From positions 16,175 through 80,174 of the forward strand of contig CADCEE010000004.1 in assembly GCA_902800355.1 (NCBI GenBank): a stretch of 64,000 nucleotides of DNA, read 5' to 3'. Position numbers and translations under genes: made by a program. The notes under the pieces are model-generated. The model worked only from the letters and a program-made list of their open reading frames with translations. It searched no databases and was not told the DNA's origin. Origin of the DNA: an uncultured Erysipelotrichaceae bacterium (GTDB lineage Bacteria > Bacillota_I > Bacilli_A > RFN20 > CAG-826). Positions 20,570 to 29,882 of this stretch are shown here, in pieces (position 1 is the first letter of the stretch; each line of letters opens with the position of its first letter).

Positions 20570-20805
20570 ATGACTATTATAGCAAAGTAATCTAAATAAT
20601 AGATTAGCTTTTATCCTTTAATCGTTTTCTTTTTAACGTTATCAAGCAAGAAGCCCCCCACTTCTATAAGTGGTGGGAGTATGTCACTAACAAACTAGAA
20701 TATAGTGAATACCGCTACTTTTACACTAAAGTAACACTAGTAATATGATGTCTATAAGATTCGCTAACTTGTTAATCATTAAGCGTCTATTGTAGAACAC
20801 TCACA

Positions 20806-20822
20806 AATGATTTAAAATCATT
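20806..20822. promoter_or_regulatory. 17-bp perfect palindrome upstream of the glycan locus (possible operator)
   Basis: AATGATTT-A-AAATCATT, about 50 nt upstream of the GT2 start codon. Confidence 0.3.
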
Positions 20823-20870
20823 CATCAATTTGCGGACAAAGTATGATATACTTGTCGAAGGTAAACAAAT

Positions 20871-21854
20871 ATGTCTAAACCATTATTCAGTGTTGTCATA
20901 CCTGTCTATAACGTTGAACAATTCATCGAAAAATGTTTAACCACTGTTATCAATCAAACATTTAAAGATTTTGAAGTAATCATTGTTAATGATGGAACTA
21001 AAGACAATAGTCTTTCTATATGTGAAAAATTCGCTAAAGAAGATAAAAGAATCACTATTATCTCTCAAGAAAATAAAGGTTTAGCAGCAGCGAGAAACAC
21101 AGGCGCTAAAGCAAGCAAAGGCCAATATATCATTAATATCGATTCTGATGACTGGGTGGATTTGAATTACTTTGAAACCCTTGCCGATATTATTAGAAAT
21201 AATAACGAACCTGATTTAGTGTGCCTTAATTATCATGAAAACGATGATAAGCTGATTGAGAATCCTGGTTTTAATAATGTCCTACTAAATAAGATACAAA
21301 TTGAAAAAGAGATTTATCCATATTTAATTAGAAATAAGAGATACGAATATTTCTTCCCAACCGCGTGGTCTAAAGCAATTAGAAGGGATTTATTCGCTAA
21401 CAATACTTGTGAGAAAAGAATCCAAGTCGGTGAAGATGGCGCGGTCATTGATTCCGTTGTTACTCAATGCCAAACAATCTATCTCTCAAATAAAACTGGT
21501 TATCACTATCGAGTCGCTGAGAATTCGATGATTCAAAACAAAAAACCACGTAACTATAACGATGTTATAAATACATACGAACATATCGCGAGTAGAATTA
21601 ACTTAGATGAAGCTGATTTTAGACTTCAATTAGATCGATTAGTTGCCCATTTAACTTTTAACTGTTCAGTTACTCAGTTTTATGGTCAAAAATATAAAGA
21701 AGCAAAAAAAATTATCTTAGAAAATCTTTCTACCCCTATTATTAAATCCGCAATCGAACATATCGACGCTAAAGGATTTAAGGGCAGACTTATGAGATAT
21801 TCTTTAAAACACCGCAGAATTTATTTAATGAAACTTTATAGTTACATTATGTAG
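20871..21854 (+). CDS. Family 2 glycosyltransferase
   Basis: SVVIPVYNVEQFIEKCL...IIVNDGTKDNS and IDSDDWV (DxD) motifs. Confidence 0.9.
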   Translation: MSKPLFSVVIPVYNVEQFIEKCLTTVINQTFKDFEVIIVNDGTKDNSLSICEKFAKEDKRITIISQENKGLAAARNTGAKASKGQYIINIDSDDWVDLNYFETLADIIRNNNEPDLVCLNYHENDDKLIENPGFNNVLLNKIQIEKEIYPYLIRNKRYEYFFPTAWSKAIRRDLFANNTCEKRIQVGEDGAVIDSVVTQCQTIYLSNKTGYHYRVAENSMIQNKKPRNYNDVINTYEHIASRINLDEADFRLQLDRLVAHLTFNCSVTQFYGQKYKEAKKIILENLSTPIIKSAIEHIDAKGFKGRLMRYSLKHRRIYLMKLYSYIM

Positions 21855-21868
21855 TTAGGAATTAACAT

Positions 21869-22921
21869 ATGAAAATCATTACATGTGCAAGTTATTTCGG
21901 CTCTGGCAGCAGCACCCTCACAGATTTAGTGTCCGAATATTCTACCGTTCAAGAGAATTCGGAATTTGAATTCCGTTTTATTCATGACCCTGACGGAATT
22001 AGTGACCTTGAATATCATTTAGTAGAAAACCATAACCGTGAGGTTTCCGGTTTTGCTTTAAAAAGATTTATCAAGGTATCCAACTTCAATAGCGGTACTT
22101 GGTTCAATAAAAAATATGAAGCCTACTTTAACGGTAAATATAAAGAATACACAAAACAATATGTTAATGATCTTTTAGATTTTTCATATAAGGGATTCTG
22201 GGTTTATGACGTCGCTTCTAAAGGTAAGTTTAGATATTATCTAAGAGGCATCTTTAATAAGATATTTATTAAACTCAATGTTGCTAAACCTCAAATCCTT
22301 CCAAAAGAAATCACTTACTGCGCTCATCCAAGCAAAGAAAAATTCCTTGAATGCACTCAAAGATATACCTCAAATTTAATGGAATATCTTAATAAAGATA
22401 ACAAACCATATCTCGTCGTTGATCAACTCCTTCCAAGTAGCAACATCAAAAGGTGTATGAGATATTTTAAAGATGAAATATTCGTTGTTATCTTTGACCG
22501 CGATCCAAGAGATTTATACGTCTTATCAAATCTCGTTTGGAAATGGGATCATATCTTTCCGCATAATTCCATTGAGACCTGGTGCAAATGGTTTGAATAC
22601 GCAAGAAAAAGCGCAACTGAAAAATATAACGATTCCCATATCATGTACATGAGATTTGAAGACATGATTTATAACTACGATGAATCAGTCAATAAAATTG
22701 AAAAATTCACTGGATTAGATCCTAAAGATCACGATAAACAATTCGCAAGACTAAATCCTAAAAAATCAGTCATCAACACTCAAATATGGAAAAGACATCC
22801 CGAATTCGATAAAGATGTTAAATATATCGAGGAACATTTATCAGAATATCTTTATGATTTCTCTAAAGTAGAAAATAACGAAATCAAAGGAATAGGAGTT
22901 AATAACAAAAAGGTTTTCTAA
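21869..22921 (+). CDS. Sulfotransferase-like protein (PAPS-dependent family signature)
   Basis: 5'-PSB-like loop YFGSGSSTLTDL, 3'-PB-like FDRDPRDLYVLS, and C-terminal MRFEDMIYNYDESVNKIEKFTGL resembling the YEDL...FLGL region of sulfotransferases. Confidence 0.55.
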   Translation: MKIITCASYFGSGSSTLTDLVSEYSTVQENSEFEFRFIHDPDGISDLEYHLVENHNREVSGFALKRFIKVSNFNSGTWFNKKYEAYFNGKYKEYTKQYVNDLLDFSYKGFWVYDVASKGKFRYYLRGIFNKIFIKLNVAKPQILPKEITYCAHPSKEKFLECTQRYTSNLMEYLNKDNKPYLVVDQLLPSSNIKRCMRYFKDEIFVVIFDRDPRDLYVLSNLVWKWDHIFPHNSIETWCKWFEYARKSATEKYNDSHIMYMRFEDMIYNYDESVNKIEKFTGLDPKDHDKQFARLNPKKSVINTQIWKRHPEFDKDVKYIEEHLSEYLYDFSKVENNEIKGIGVNNKKVF

Positions 22922-22922
22922 G

Positions 22923-24023
22923 ATGAAAAAAGTCTTAATCGTTTTTAACTATATGCAACCCGCTGACGGAGTGTGTCGTACAGCGATATCTTTTGCTAAC
23001 GCTCTCGCTGAACTAAATGAATATGAGATTACTTTTGTGCCAATGTTTAAGCTTGATAAGAAAATGATTCCATTATTAAACCCAAGTATTAAAGTTAGAA
23101 AAGTATTAAAAATACCTTATATCAGAGGAATTGATAGATTAACGAGTAAATTACCTCCAAAATGGATTTATAAATCAATCGTTAAAAAAGAGAAGTTTGA
23201 TATCGAGTTTGGATATTGTTGGAGAAACCCTACTATCGCAATCGCTAATTCTTTAAATAAAGATGCAAAACATATTATCTATACTCATGGATATAACAAT
23301 GCATCAAAATATTACCCTCTAGCGGATTTAGTTATCGCTATCTCTACTAAGAACGCTAAACGTATCTCTGAAGAAGTAAATGGAAGAGTTCCGGTTATTC
23401 AATTCACCAATATGTATAACGAGGAAAAAATACTCAAAAACGCGGAAGAAACCCCTTCTTTTACTAAAAATTACGATAAATTCCTCTTTGTCACTTGTAG
23501 CCGATTATCCGAAGAAAAAGGATACTTAAGAATGCTTGAAAGCGCTAAAAAAATAAAAGACGAAGGATATGATTTTAATATCTGGATGATCGGAGATGGA
23601 CCAGAAAGAAATAATATCGAAGAATACATCAAAAACAACAATCTAAAAGAGACAGTTACTTTAGTGGGCAATCAAATGAACCCATTCCCATATATGAAGC
23701 AAGGAGACTGCATGATTTGTTCTTCTTTTTCTGAAGGCTATAGCACAGTCTGCGTTGAATCATGTATTTTAGGAGTTCCTGTCTTATCTACTGATATCAG
23801 TGGAGCAGATGACATCATCAATAAAGCAAAAGCCGGAAAGATTGTTTCTAATGATGAAAAAGGAATTTATGAAGGAATGAAATATTTCCTTGATCATCCT
23901 GAAAAAGTTAACGAATGGAAAGAAACATTAAAAACCACTAGGACCTCTTTCTATAAAGAAAACGGGATGAAAGAATTAAAAAAATTAATGAGGACAATAG
24001 AGAATATCGAGCACAAGGAATAA
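22923..24023 (+). CDS. Family 4 (GT-B) glycosyltransferase
   Basis: EGYSTVCVESCILGVPVLSTD (EX7E region); 1-nt gap to the upstream gene. Confidence 0.88.
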   Translation: MKKVLIVFNYMQPADGVCRTAISFANALAELNEYEITFVPMFKLDKKMIPLLNPSIKVRKVLKIPYIRGIDRLTSKLPPKWIYKSIVKKEKFDIEFGYCWRNPTIAIANSLNKDAKHIIYTHGYNNASKYYPLADLVIAISTKNAKRISEEVNGRVPVIQFTNMYNEEKILKNAEETPSFTKNYDKFLFVTCSRLSEEKGYLRMLESAKKIKDEGYDFNIWMIGDGPERNNIEEYIKNNNLKETVTLVGNQMNPFPYMKQGDCMICSSFSEGYSTVCVESCILGVPVLSTDISGADDIINKAKAGKIVSNDEKGIYEGMKYFLDHPEKVNEWKETLKTTRTSFYKENGMKELKKLMRTIENIEHKE

Positions 24024-24077
24024 ATGATTTACTTTACGAATATTTCGTAAACATATATAATCATTAAGACTTTAAAA

Positions 24078-25718
24078 TTGGCTAATTTTACTAATATGAC
24101 AAAGATTAGTGATGAAACGAATATAGAAAGAATAGAACACAAGAGTAAAAAGAATATGGCTCTTGGAACCATTTTCGGTTACTTATCTATTTTAGTGAGC
24201 GTTGTTCATGGCTTTATTCTCACTCCAATGATTATGGATTCTGTTGGTGTTGAAGAATATGGTTTTTTTGGTATTGCTACTTCAATCATCACTTTGTTCC
24301 TTCTTGATTTTGGATTAAACACTACTACAGAAACCTATTTAGCAAAATTAAGAGCTAAAGGCGATAAAGATGGTGTTCAAAAATTCTTAGCTTCTATCTT
24401 TAAGATATATCTAGCACTGGACATTATCTTTATCGTTGTTATCGGTTCTATATATTTCCTTAGTCCAATAATCTATAGATCGTCATACACTCCTGAACAA
24501 ATTCAAAAATTACAATATCTATTACTCATCATCGGTGGATACACTCTTGTAAGCTTCCCAACTAACACATTCTCAGGAATGATTCAAGCCTATGAAAAAT
24601 TTGGGTTTAATAAATTTACCGACTTAATTCAAAAGTCTCTCTATTTAGTGTTCACAATCGTCGCAATTAAGTTAAATTGGGGTATTGTTGGTATCACTGT
24701 CGTTAACGTCGTTAGTTTTACTGTTGCAATCATCATGAGATTCTTCTACATGAGATTCTATTTAGGAATCAAATTAGATCTCAGATTAAAGATTGAACGA
24801 AGCGAACTTAAATCCGTTATTGCTTTCTCGGCTTGGGGATTAATTATCGCTATTGGAAATAGATTAGTGTTTAATATCACTCCTTCTATTTTAGGTATTG
24901 TTTCTAGTAGTGACCAAGTCAGTATGTTTATGTTAATAAACACAATCGAAGGATACGTCTATTTATTCGGTGCGATGACTGGAACCTTCCTCATGGCAAA
25001 AGTTGCTCGAGTAGAATCAACTGGTTCACCAGAAGAAAAACGAGCAAGATTACAAGCTTTAGCGAATAAAGTCGGTAAACTGCAATTCTTCGTTATCGCC
25101 TTTATCATCTTTGGATTTGCTTCAGTTGGACTTGATTTCATTCATATCTGGATTCCAGCTCAAGTAGCTGAGCACCCAGACTTTGTTAACATCTATTGGT
25201 GTATCTTAGCGATATGTGCCTATGAACTTGTTCATATCCCTGAATTACCTCTATATAATGCGATGCTAACCGGAGGTCATATTAGGCCTTTAGCAATTAG
25301 CACTATTATTAAGGCTGTTGTTAATGTTGGATTATCATTCACCTTATCGTCCTTCTATGGCGCGGTTGGTGCCTGTGTTGCGATTGCCGTTGCGCGTGTT
25401 ATCGATTGCACTATCACTAACTTCACTTATAAGAAGTATCTCGGAATATCTTTACTCAACTTCTTTGGGTTTATCTATATTAGAGGATTTATCACAGTTG
25501 CTATTTCCTTTGGATTAGCGTTACTCTGCTACTTCTTCTTACCTGTTAAAAACCTCTATTTAAAATTCTTTATCGAAGGAATTGTGTTCGTCGTATCATA
25601 TATCGTTTTAGCGTTCACGGTGTTATTTACGAAAAATGAACGAAGATATTATTTAGACGTCTTTTTTGAAATCTTACACATTAAAAAGAAAGCCAAGCCA
25701 CAAAATGAAAAAGCTTAA
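24078..25718 (+). CDS. Wzx-type oligosaccharide flippase (MOP superfamily)
   Basis: About 14 TM helices, polysaccharide-biosynthesis-protein pattern. The start is uncertain (TTG at 24078 or ATG at 24096). Confidence 0.8.
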   Translation: MANFTNMTKISDETNIERIEHKSKKNMALGTIFGYLSILVSVVHGFILTPMIMDSVGVEEYGFFGIATSIITLFLLDFGLNTTTETYLAKLRAKGDKDGVQKFLASIFKIYLALDIIFIVVIGSIYFLSPIIYRSSYTPEQIQKLQYLLLIIGGYTLVSFPTNTFSGMIQAYEKFGFNKFTDLIQKSLYLVFTIVAIKLNWGIVGITVVNVVSFTVAIIMRFFYMRFYLGIKLDLRLKIERSELKSVIAFSAWGLIIAIGNRLVFNITPSILGIVSSSDQVSMFMLINTIEGYVYLFGAMTGTFLMAKVARVESTGSPEEKRARLQALANKVGKLQFFVIAFIIFGFASVGLDFIHIWIPAQVAEHPDFVNIYWCILAICAYELVHIPELPLYNAMLTGGHIRPLAISTIIKAVVNVGLSFTLSSFYGAVGACVAIAVARVIDCTITNFTYKKYLGISLLNFFGFIYIRGFITVAISFGLALLCYFFLPVKNLYLKFFIEGIVFVVSYIVLAFTVLFTKNERRYYLDVFFEILHIKKKAKPQNEKA

Positions 25719-26745
25719 AGTATTACAAATTATCGGAAGTATGAACGCCGGAGGCGTTGAATCTTTCGTCATGAGTTATTTCCGTGAACTCCACGAATTA
25801 TGTGAATTTACTTTCCTTTGCTTTGATCATGTAAAACATCTTCACGCTTTTAATAAAGCATTAACAAAAGTCTTTAAAGATAATCATTTTGATATCGTCC
25901 ACTCTCACTTAAATACATTAAGTGTCTTTCCTTTAAGGGTGGCAAAGAAATGTAAGCAGCCAATTAGAATCGCTCACTCCCACTCAATAAGTAGTAAAAA
26001 AGAATGGAAGAGACATTTAGCGAAGTCAGTGTTAAAAACATTCTCCAAAACATATTCTAATGTCTATTTCTCTTGTAGTGAGCTCACTGGAAGATATCAA
26101 TTTGGCAATAAAGCCTTTGATAAAGGTGAAGTGACTGTTATTAAGAATGCGATTAAAACTTCACGCTTTGAATTTAATGAAGGATATCGCAAAGAAATCC
26201 GTAATGAATTAGGCTTAGGCGAAAAAGACTACGTCATTGGAACTTTAGGACGTTTCGTTGATACAAAGAACCATCAATATGTCTTAAAGCTCGCCAAAGA
26301 TAATCAAGATATCAAATTCATCATCGTTGGTAATGGGCCACTTGAAGTTGAATATAACGCCTTTTTAAAAGAAAATAACTTAAGCAATATCCAAATCATC
26401 GTTCCAGATCAAAATAAAGAAATCGCTAGATACTATTCAGCGATTGATATGTTTATTCTTCCTTCACTATATGAAGGATTCCCACTATCATCCTTAGAAG
26501 CCCAAGTTAATGGATTATATATCATTTATAGCGAATCAGTTCCTAAAGAAGGATTTATTACAGGTTATGGTGAATTCCTTCCAATCACTGAAGAAGGTCT
26601 TGCTAAGTGGAAAGAATCATTCCATAAGCCACATCCAAGAAACAATAAGCTCGCGAATGTTGTTAGAGAGCGTGGTTATGATATCAAAGACGCCGCTAAG
26701 GCTTTATATGACAAATATCTAGAGCTATTAGAAACCCACAAATAA
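25705..26745 (+). CDS. Family 4 (GT-B) glycosyltransferase
   Basis: Start taken at MKKLKVLQIIGSMNAGGVE. EGFPLSSLEAQVNG (EX7E). Overlaps the flippase stop by 14 nt. Confidence 0.85.
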   Translation: MKKLKVLQIIGSMNAGGVESFVMSYFRELHELCEFTFLCFDHVKHLHAFNKALTKVFKDNHFDIVHSHLNTLSVFPLRVAKKCKQPIRIAHSHSISSKKEWKRHLAKSVLKTFSKTYSNVYFSCSELTGRYQFGNKAFDKGEVTVIKNAIKTSRFEFNEGYRKEIRNELGLGEKDYVIGTLGRFVDTKNHQYVLKLAKDNQDIKFIIVGNGPLEVEYNAFLKENNLSNIQIIVPDQNKEIARYYSAIDMFILPSLYEGFPLSSLEAQVNGLYIIYSESVPKEGFITGYGEFLPITEEGLAKWKESFHKPHPRNNKLANVVRERGYDIKDAAKALYDKYLELLETHK

Positions 26746-26770
26746 AACTCGAAATTAATCGAGTTTTTTT
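26746..26770 (+). terminator. Rho-independent terminator of the glycan locus
   Basis: AACTCGA-aattaa-TCGAGTT followed by TTTTT. Confidence 0.85.
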
Positions 26771-26804
26771 AAACAAAAACAGTACCGAATTATATCAGTA
26801 CTGT
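26771..26804 (-). terminator. Rho-independent terminator next to the displaced tRNA 3' fragment (probable original tRNA-fMet terminator)
   Basis: On the minus strand: CAGTAC-N12-GTACTG followed by TTTTTGTTT, immediately downstream of the 12-nt tRNA remnant. Confidence 0.6.
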
Positions 26805-26812
26805 AGTTTACA

Positions 26813-26824
26813 CTTGGTTGCGGA
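26813..26824. repeat. Direct repeat, copy 1: duplicated 3' end of tRNA-fMet (att-like islet boundary)
   Basis: CTTGGTTGCGGA is identical to 29927-29938. The extended match TAC(A/G)CTTGGTTGCGGA is 15/16. Confidence 0.7.
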
Positions 26825-26900
26825 TAACTAAAGTGGTACATTTTACCCTAAAAAGCGGGGGTGCAGACACCACAAGTGATACGTTTTGATCTAAAAACTA

Positions 26901-27731
26901 TTAATCATCTATTTCTCGATACATTTTATTTCTGTTTTTCAATAGTTTTTGTAATTCGTTTTGAACAGCTTTATTCTTTTTGATAAAATCCCTTGCCCAA
27001 GGTTGTAAAGAAAAGGCGAATTCATATAGTCCAATGGAAACACTTGAAACTCTCACAACAAAAAACTCAGATTGAAGTAAACAAATAGTTCCATTAGATA
27101 AAGAATAGTAACCAACGCCACTTTCGGAATAATATATTTCTCCCAATATTCTTTTTGCTCCAGGAGCCAAATCCTTATACTGAGATTCTAAGAACTTTAT
27201 TCTTTCTTTTTCTAATTCTTTTTCGCTTTTGTTCTTGTTCTCAACAAGGATTTCAACATCTGATTTTGCAGACTCCAAAAAAGTTGAAATAGCTTTATTT
27301 AAGATTGAAATCTTGTTTGTGATTTCTAAAAAATCTCCACACCAATCACAAAGTGCGGAAATTCCATCAGTGTTAATAAGATTATACTTATAAGAATTAT
27401 CGACAAAACCCGATATTTCCTCATCTTCTATATCATTTGCTTTAAGAATGAAAAATGGCTTATCATCATTAGAAAGGCAGGCAGCACCCAGTTCTTGAGT
27501 GCAGTAGGAACTGTTAATAAAGTTCTTCGTTATGAAATACAGAATTGCAGAGCAGTCATTTATCTCTTTTTTAATTTCGGTATTAATTCTTTTTCCGTTT
27601 TTCACGCCTTGGCCTTCAACAGAACTACAAAAAATATCATCTGGCTTTACACCGATTGAATTTAATAAAGTAATCAGTTTCTTTATAACCGATATATCTT
27701 TTGAAGAATGACTTATAAAAATTTTACCCAT
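26901..27731 (-). CDS. TIR-domain protein with coiled-coil and an uncharacterised C-terminal domain
   Basis: The N-terminus IFISHSSKD...AILYFITKNFINSSYCTQELGAA matches the bacterial TIR pattern, including a candidate catalytic Glu. Residues ~150-190 are a K/E-rich coiled coil. I do not recognise the C-terminal ~90 aa. Confidence 0.75.
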   Translation of the reverse strand: MGKIFISHSSKDISVIKKLITLLNSIGVKPDDIFCSSVEGQGVKNGKRINTEIKKEINDCSAILYFITKNFINSSYCTQELGAACLSNDDKPFFILKANDIEDEEISGFVDNSYKYNLINTDGISALCDWCGDFLEITNKISILNKAISTFLESAKSDVEILVENKNKSEKELEKERIKFLESQYKDLAPGAKRILGEIYYSESGVGYYSLSNGTICLLQSEFFVVRVSSVSIGLYEFAFSLQPWARDFIKKNKAVQNELQKLLKNRNKMYREIDD

Positions 27732-27752
27732 ATTATACCCTTAACATTTTTG

Positions 27753-27761
27753 ATTATACCA
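27753..27761 (-). promoter_or_regulatory. Extended -10 promoter element (TGGTATAAT) for the TIR gene
   Basis: The minus strand reads TGGTATAAT about 20 nt upstream of the ATG; an AAGGG SD follows. Confidence 0.4.
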
Positions 27762-27871
27762 AAAATGCATTTCTAAAAAAACATCATCAGTCATAAAGAT
27801 AGTCTTCAAACGAATAAGTATATTCAGATGTCTTCATTAATAACCTTGCATCTTAATGAAAGACGACAGCA

Positions 27872-27893
27872 ATAAAAAAGCGGGAATCCCCGC
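27872..27893 (-). terminator. Rho-independent terminator after the Abi_2 gene
   Basis: On the minus strand: GCGGGG-att-CCCGC followed by TTTTTTATTG. It separates the Abi and TIR transcription units. Confidence 0.8.
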
Positions 27894-27946
27894 AACCAGT
27901 ATTTCTCTGGCTATGTACCTATATTATATATAAAGTTATACAAAAG

Positions 27947-28792
27947 TCAAAGAATTTTCGACACTGTATTTGCAGACAAAGAGTGTCTAGATGGATATGT
28001 CGCAAGTAGCGTTGAAAAATCTTTTATCAATCTCTTAAGTTCTTTTCTAAATTCATTGCCACAACTCAATTGTTTAATTAGAAAAAACAACACTGCTTCG
28101 AAATATGATAAGTAGACACCCGTCATTGGAGAATAAGCATTATTGATAATGTAACGACCACCATATTTAGATAATTGATCTGCAAATTTCTTAGTAATTA
28201 TATGATTGCCGTGCGCACATCGATTTCGTAAGACCCTAATAGATTCGAAATAATTGAGCAGTAAATCATATGTATGAACAGGTAAATGCGAAGTGTATTT
28301 ATCGATAAACGGTTGTTCATATGTTGTGTCTATATATCTATAAACAGTTTCAAAACAGCCAAAAGACATAGAATACATAGCAACATAATTCAATGGACCA
28401 ACGCTGGAAGGTGACATTTTATCAATACTGTTTTGAACATTGTTTTTGGTTAAACAAAAAATAGTTTTTTTACCAGGACGTCGTACTCTAGCTGTTGGAG
28501 TATAATATTTGCTAACTTTCCAAAATTGTTTTGATCTAGTTGCGTTTTCTACCATTTTGGCGAAGTCGCTCTTAATTTGAATTTCAAACCGCATTAAATA
28601 TTGAGTCAATAAAGCCCTCAGCCTTTCATCCAAGAAAAAGAATCCTAAAGCGTCGTTAACATTACCGTTTGAACATCTTAAAAAACCAAGAAAATAATAT
28701 TCACTGCATTTATTAGAAATATAGCTATTAATCTTTCTTAATTCAGCGGCGGTTACTGATGGATATTCTTTTCTAATTAAAGACTTTGCCAT
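27947..28792 (-). CDS. Abi_2 family (AbiD/AbiF-like) abortive-infection protein
   Basis: 281 aa. FLDERLRALLTQYLMRFEIQIKSDF and the conserved VLRNRCAHGNHI motif are typical of Abi_2. Confidence 0.75.
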   Translation of the reverse strand: MAKSLIRKEYPSVTAAELRKINSYISNKCSEYYFLGFLRCSNGNVNDALGFFFLDERLRALLTQYLMRFEIQIKSDFAKMVENATRSKQFWKVSKYYTPTARVRRPGKKTIFCLTKNNVQNSIDKMSPSSVGPLNYVAMYSMSFGCFETVYRYIDTTYEQPFIDKYTSHLPVHTYDLLLNYFESIRVLRNRCAHGNHIITKKFADQLSKYGGRYIINNAYSPMTGVYLSYFEAVLFFLIKQLSCGNEFRKELKRLIKDFSTLLATYPSRHSLSANTVSKIL

Positions 28793-28869
28793 ATTTATAT
28801 TGTAAATTTAAAGATTGTTTATTTCATTATTTTTATGAAATATTTTTATTTTATATGAGGAACAACTCA

Positions 28870-29862
28870 ATGATTAAGAAGGCACAATTATTAGAAGAAA
28901 ACAAGAAATTAAAAAGAAAACTATTTATTTGGGAAAACATAAATATAAGTATCAATTCATCAGTTAAAGAAAAAGAAATCGCTGCGGAAAAGTTTTTAAA
29001 CGAACACCCTGATTACAATCTTTATGAGGTAAGTGACACCATCAAAATCAATAGAGGAACATTATACCACCACCTTTATACAAGAGTAGAAAAACCTTGG
29101 TATGTTAAAAAGATTGAAACTTTATCAAAAGAAGTCATTGAAGTATTCGAAGAATCTAAAAGACTGTATGGTGCAGAAAAGATAGTCCTCGCTCTTAAAA
29201 GAAAAGGGATTACAACTGACAAGAAAATGGTTCTAAAGATAATGAGGGAAAATAAGTTAGAAAAAGCCACTATTGTTAAAAAGAAGAAACCAACTATTAA
29301 TTCTTGGAAATATAAAAAATTTAAGGATTTAGTAAATAGAGATTTTAAACAAGAAGCACCAAATAAAGTTTGGACCAGCGACTTTGTCGAAATAAAAGTT
29401 AGAGGGGTTAAATTCTATCTATGTATCATCTTGGATTTATATGCAAGAATGATCGTTGGGTGGCGATTATCTCATAATAAAAACGAGAATTTAGCCATCA
29501 ATACATTCAAGGATGCATTTGAAAAACGAAACGAACCTAGAAATTTGATTTTTCACTCGGATAGAGGAGCGGAATATACTTCCAATAATTTTAGAAAACT
29601 ATTAGAAATGCTGGGTGTCCAACAATCATTTTCTAAACCCGCTTCTCCAAATGATAATGCATGTACCGAAGGTTTTATTTCTAGGCTAAGAAGAGAAGAA
29701 ATCAATGTTAACATTGAAAGATATGAAAATTCTATGGTGATGCGAGAGTATTTAAGTCAATATTTTAATTTCTATAACAATAAAAGAATTCATACATTTA
29801 ATAATGGTCTAACCCCAAAAGAAAAAGAGGATGAATATTACCAAAATCACCCTCAAAAATAG
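28870..29862 (+). mobile_element. IS3-family transposase gene (single ORF; element ends not defined)
   Basis: HTH_21-like YGAEKIVLALKRKGITTDKKMVLKIMRENKL. DDE triad context WTSDF / HSDRGAEY / NACTEGF. Start taken at MIKKAQLLEENKKLKRK. I could not identify terminal inverted repeats by eye. Confidence 0.8.
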
Positions 29863-29882
29863 CCATAATTTTTTATTTATCC

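Noticed and set aside
25666-25704. Upstream extension of the second GT4 ORF (MKSYTLKRKPSHK)
   Set aside because: It lies inside the flippase CDS in another frame. GT4 enzymes typically begin at MKKLKVLQIIGS..., so the start was moved to 25705.
28786-28869. N-terminal extension of the transposase ORF (MPYLYCKFKDCLFHYFYEIFLFYMRNNS)
   Set aside because: It overlaps the Abi_2 start codon region and is AT-rich promoter-like sequence. The IS3-like protein begins convincingly at MIKKAQLLEENKKLKRK (28870).
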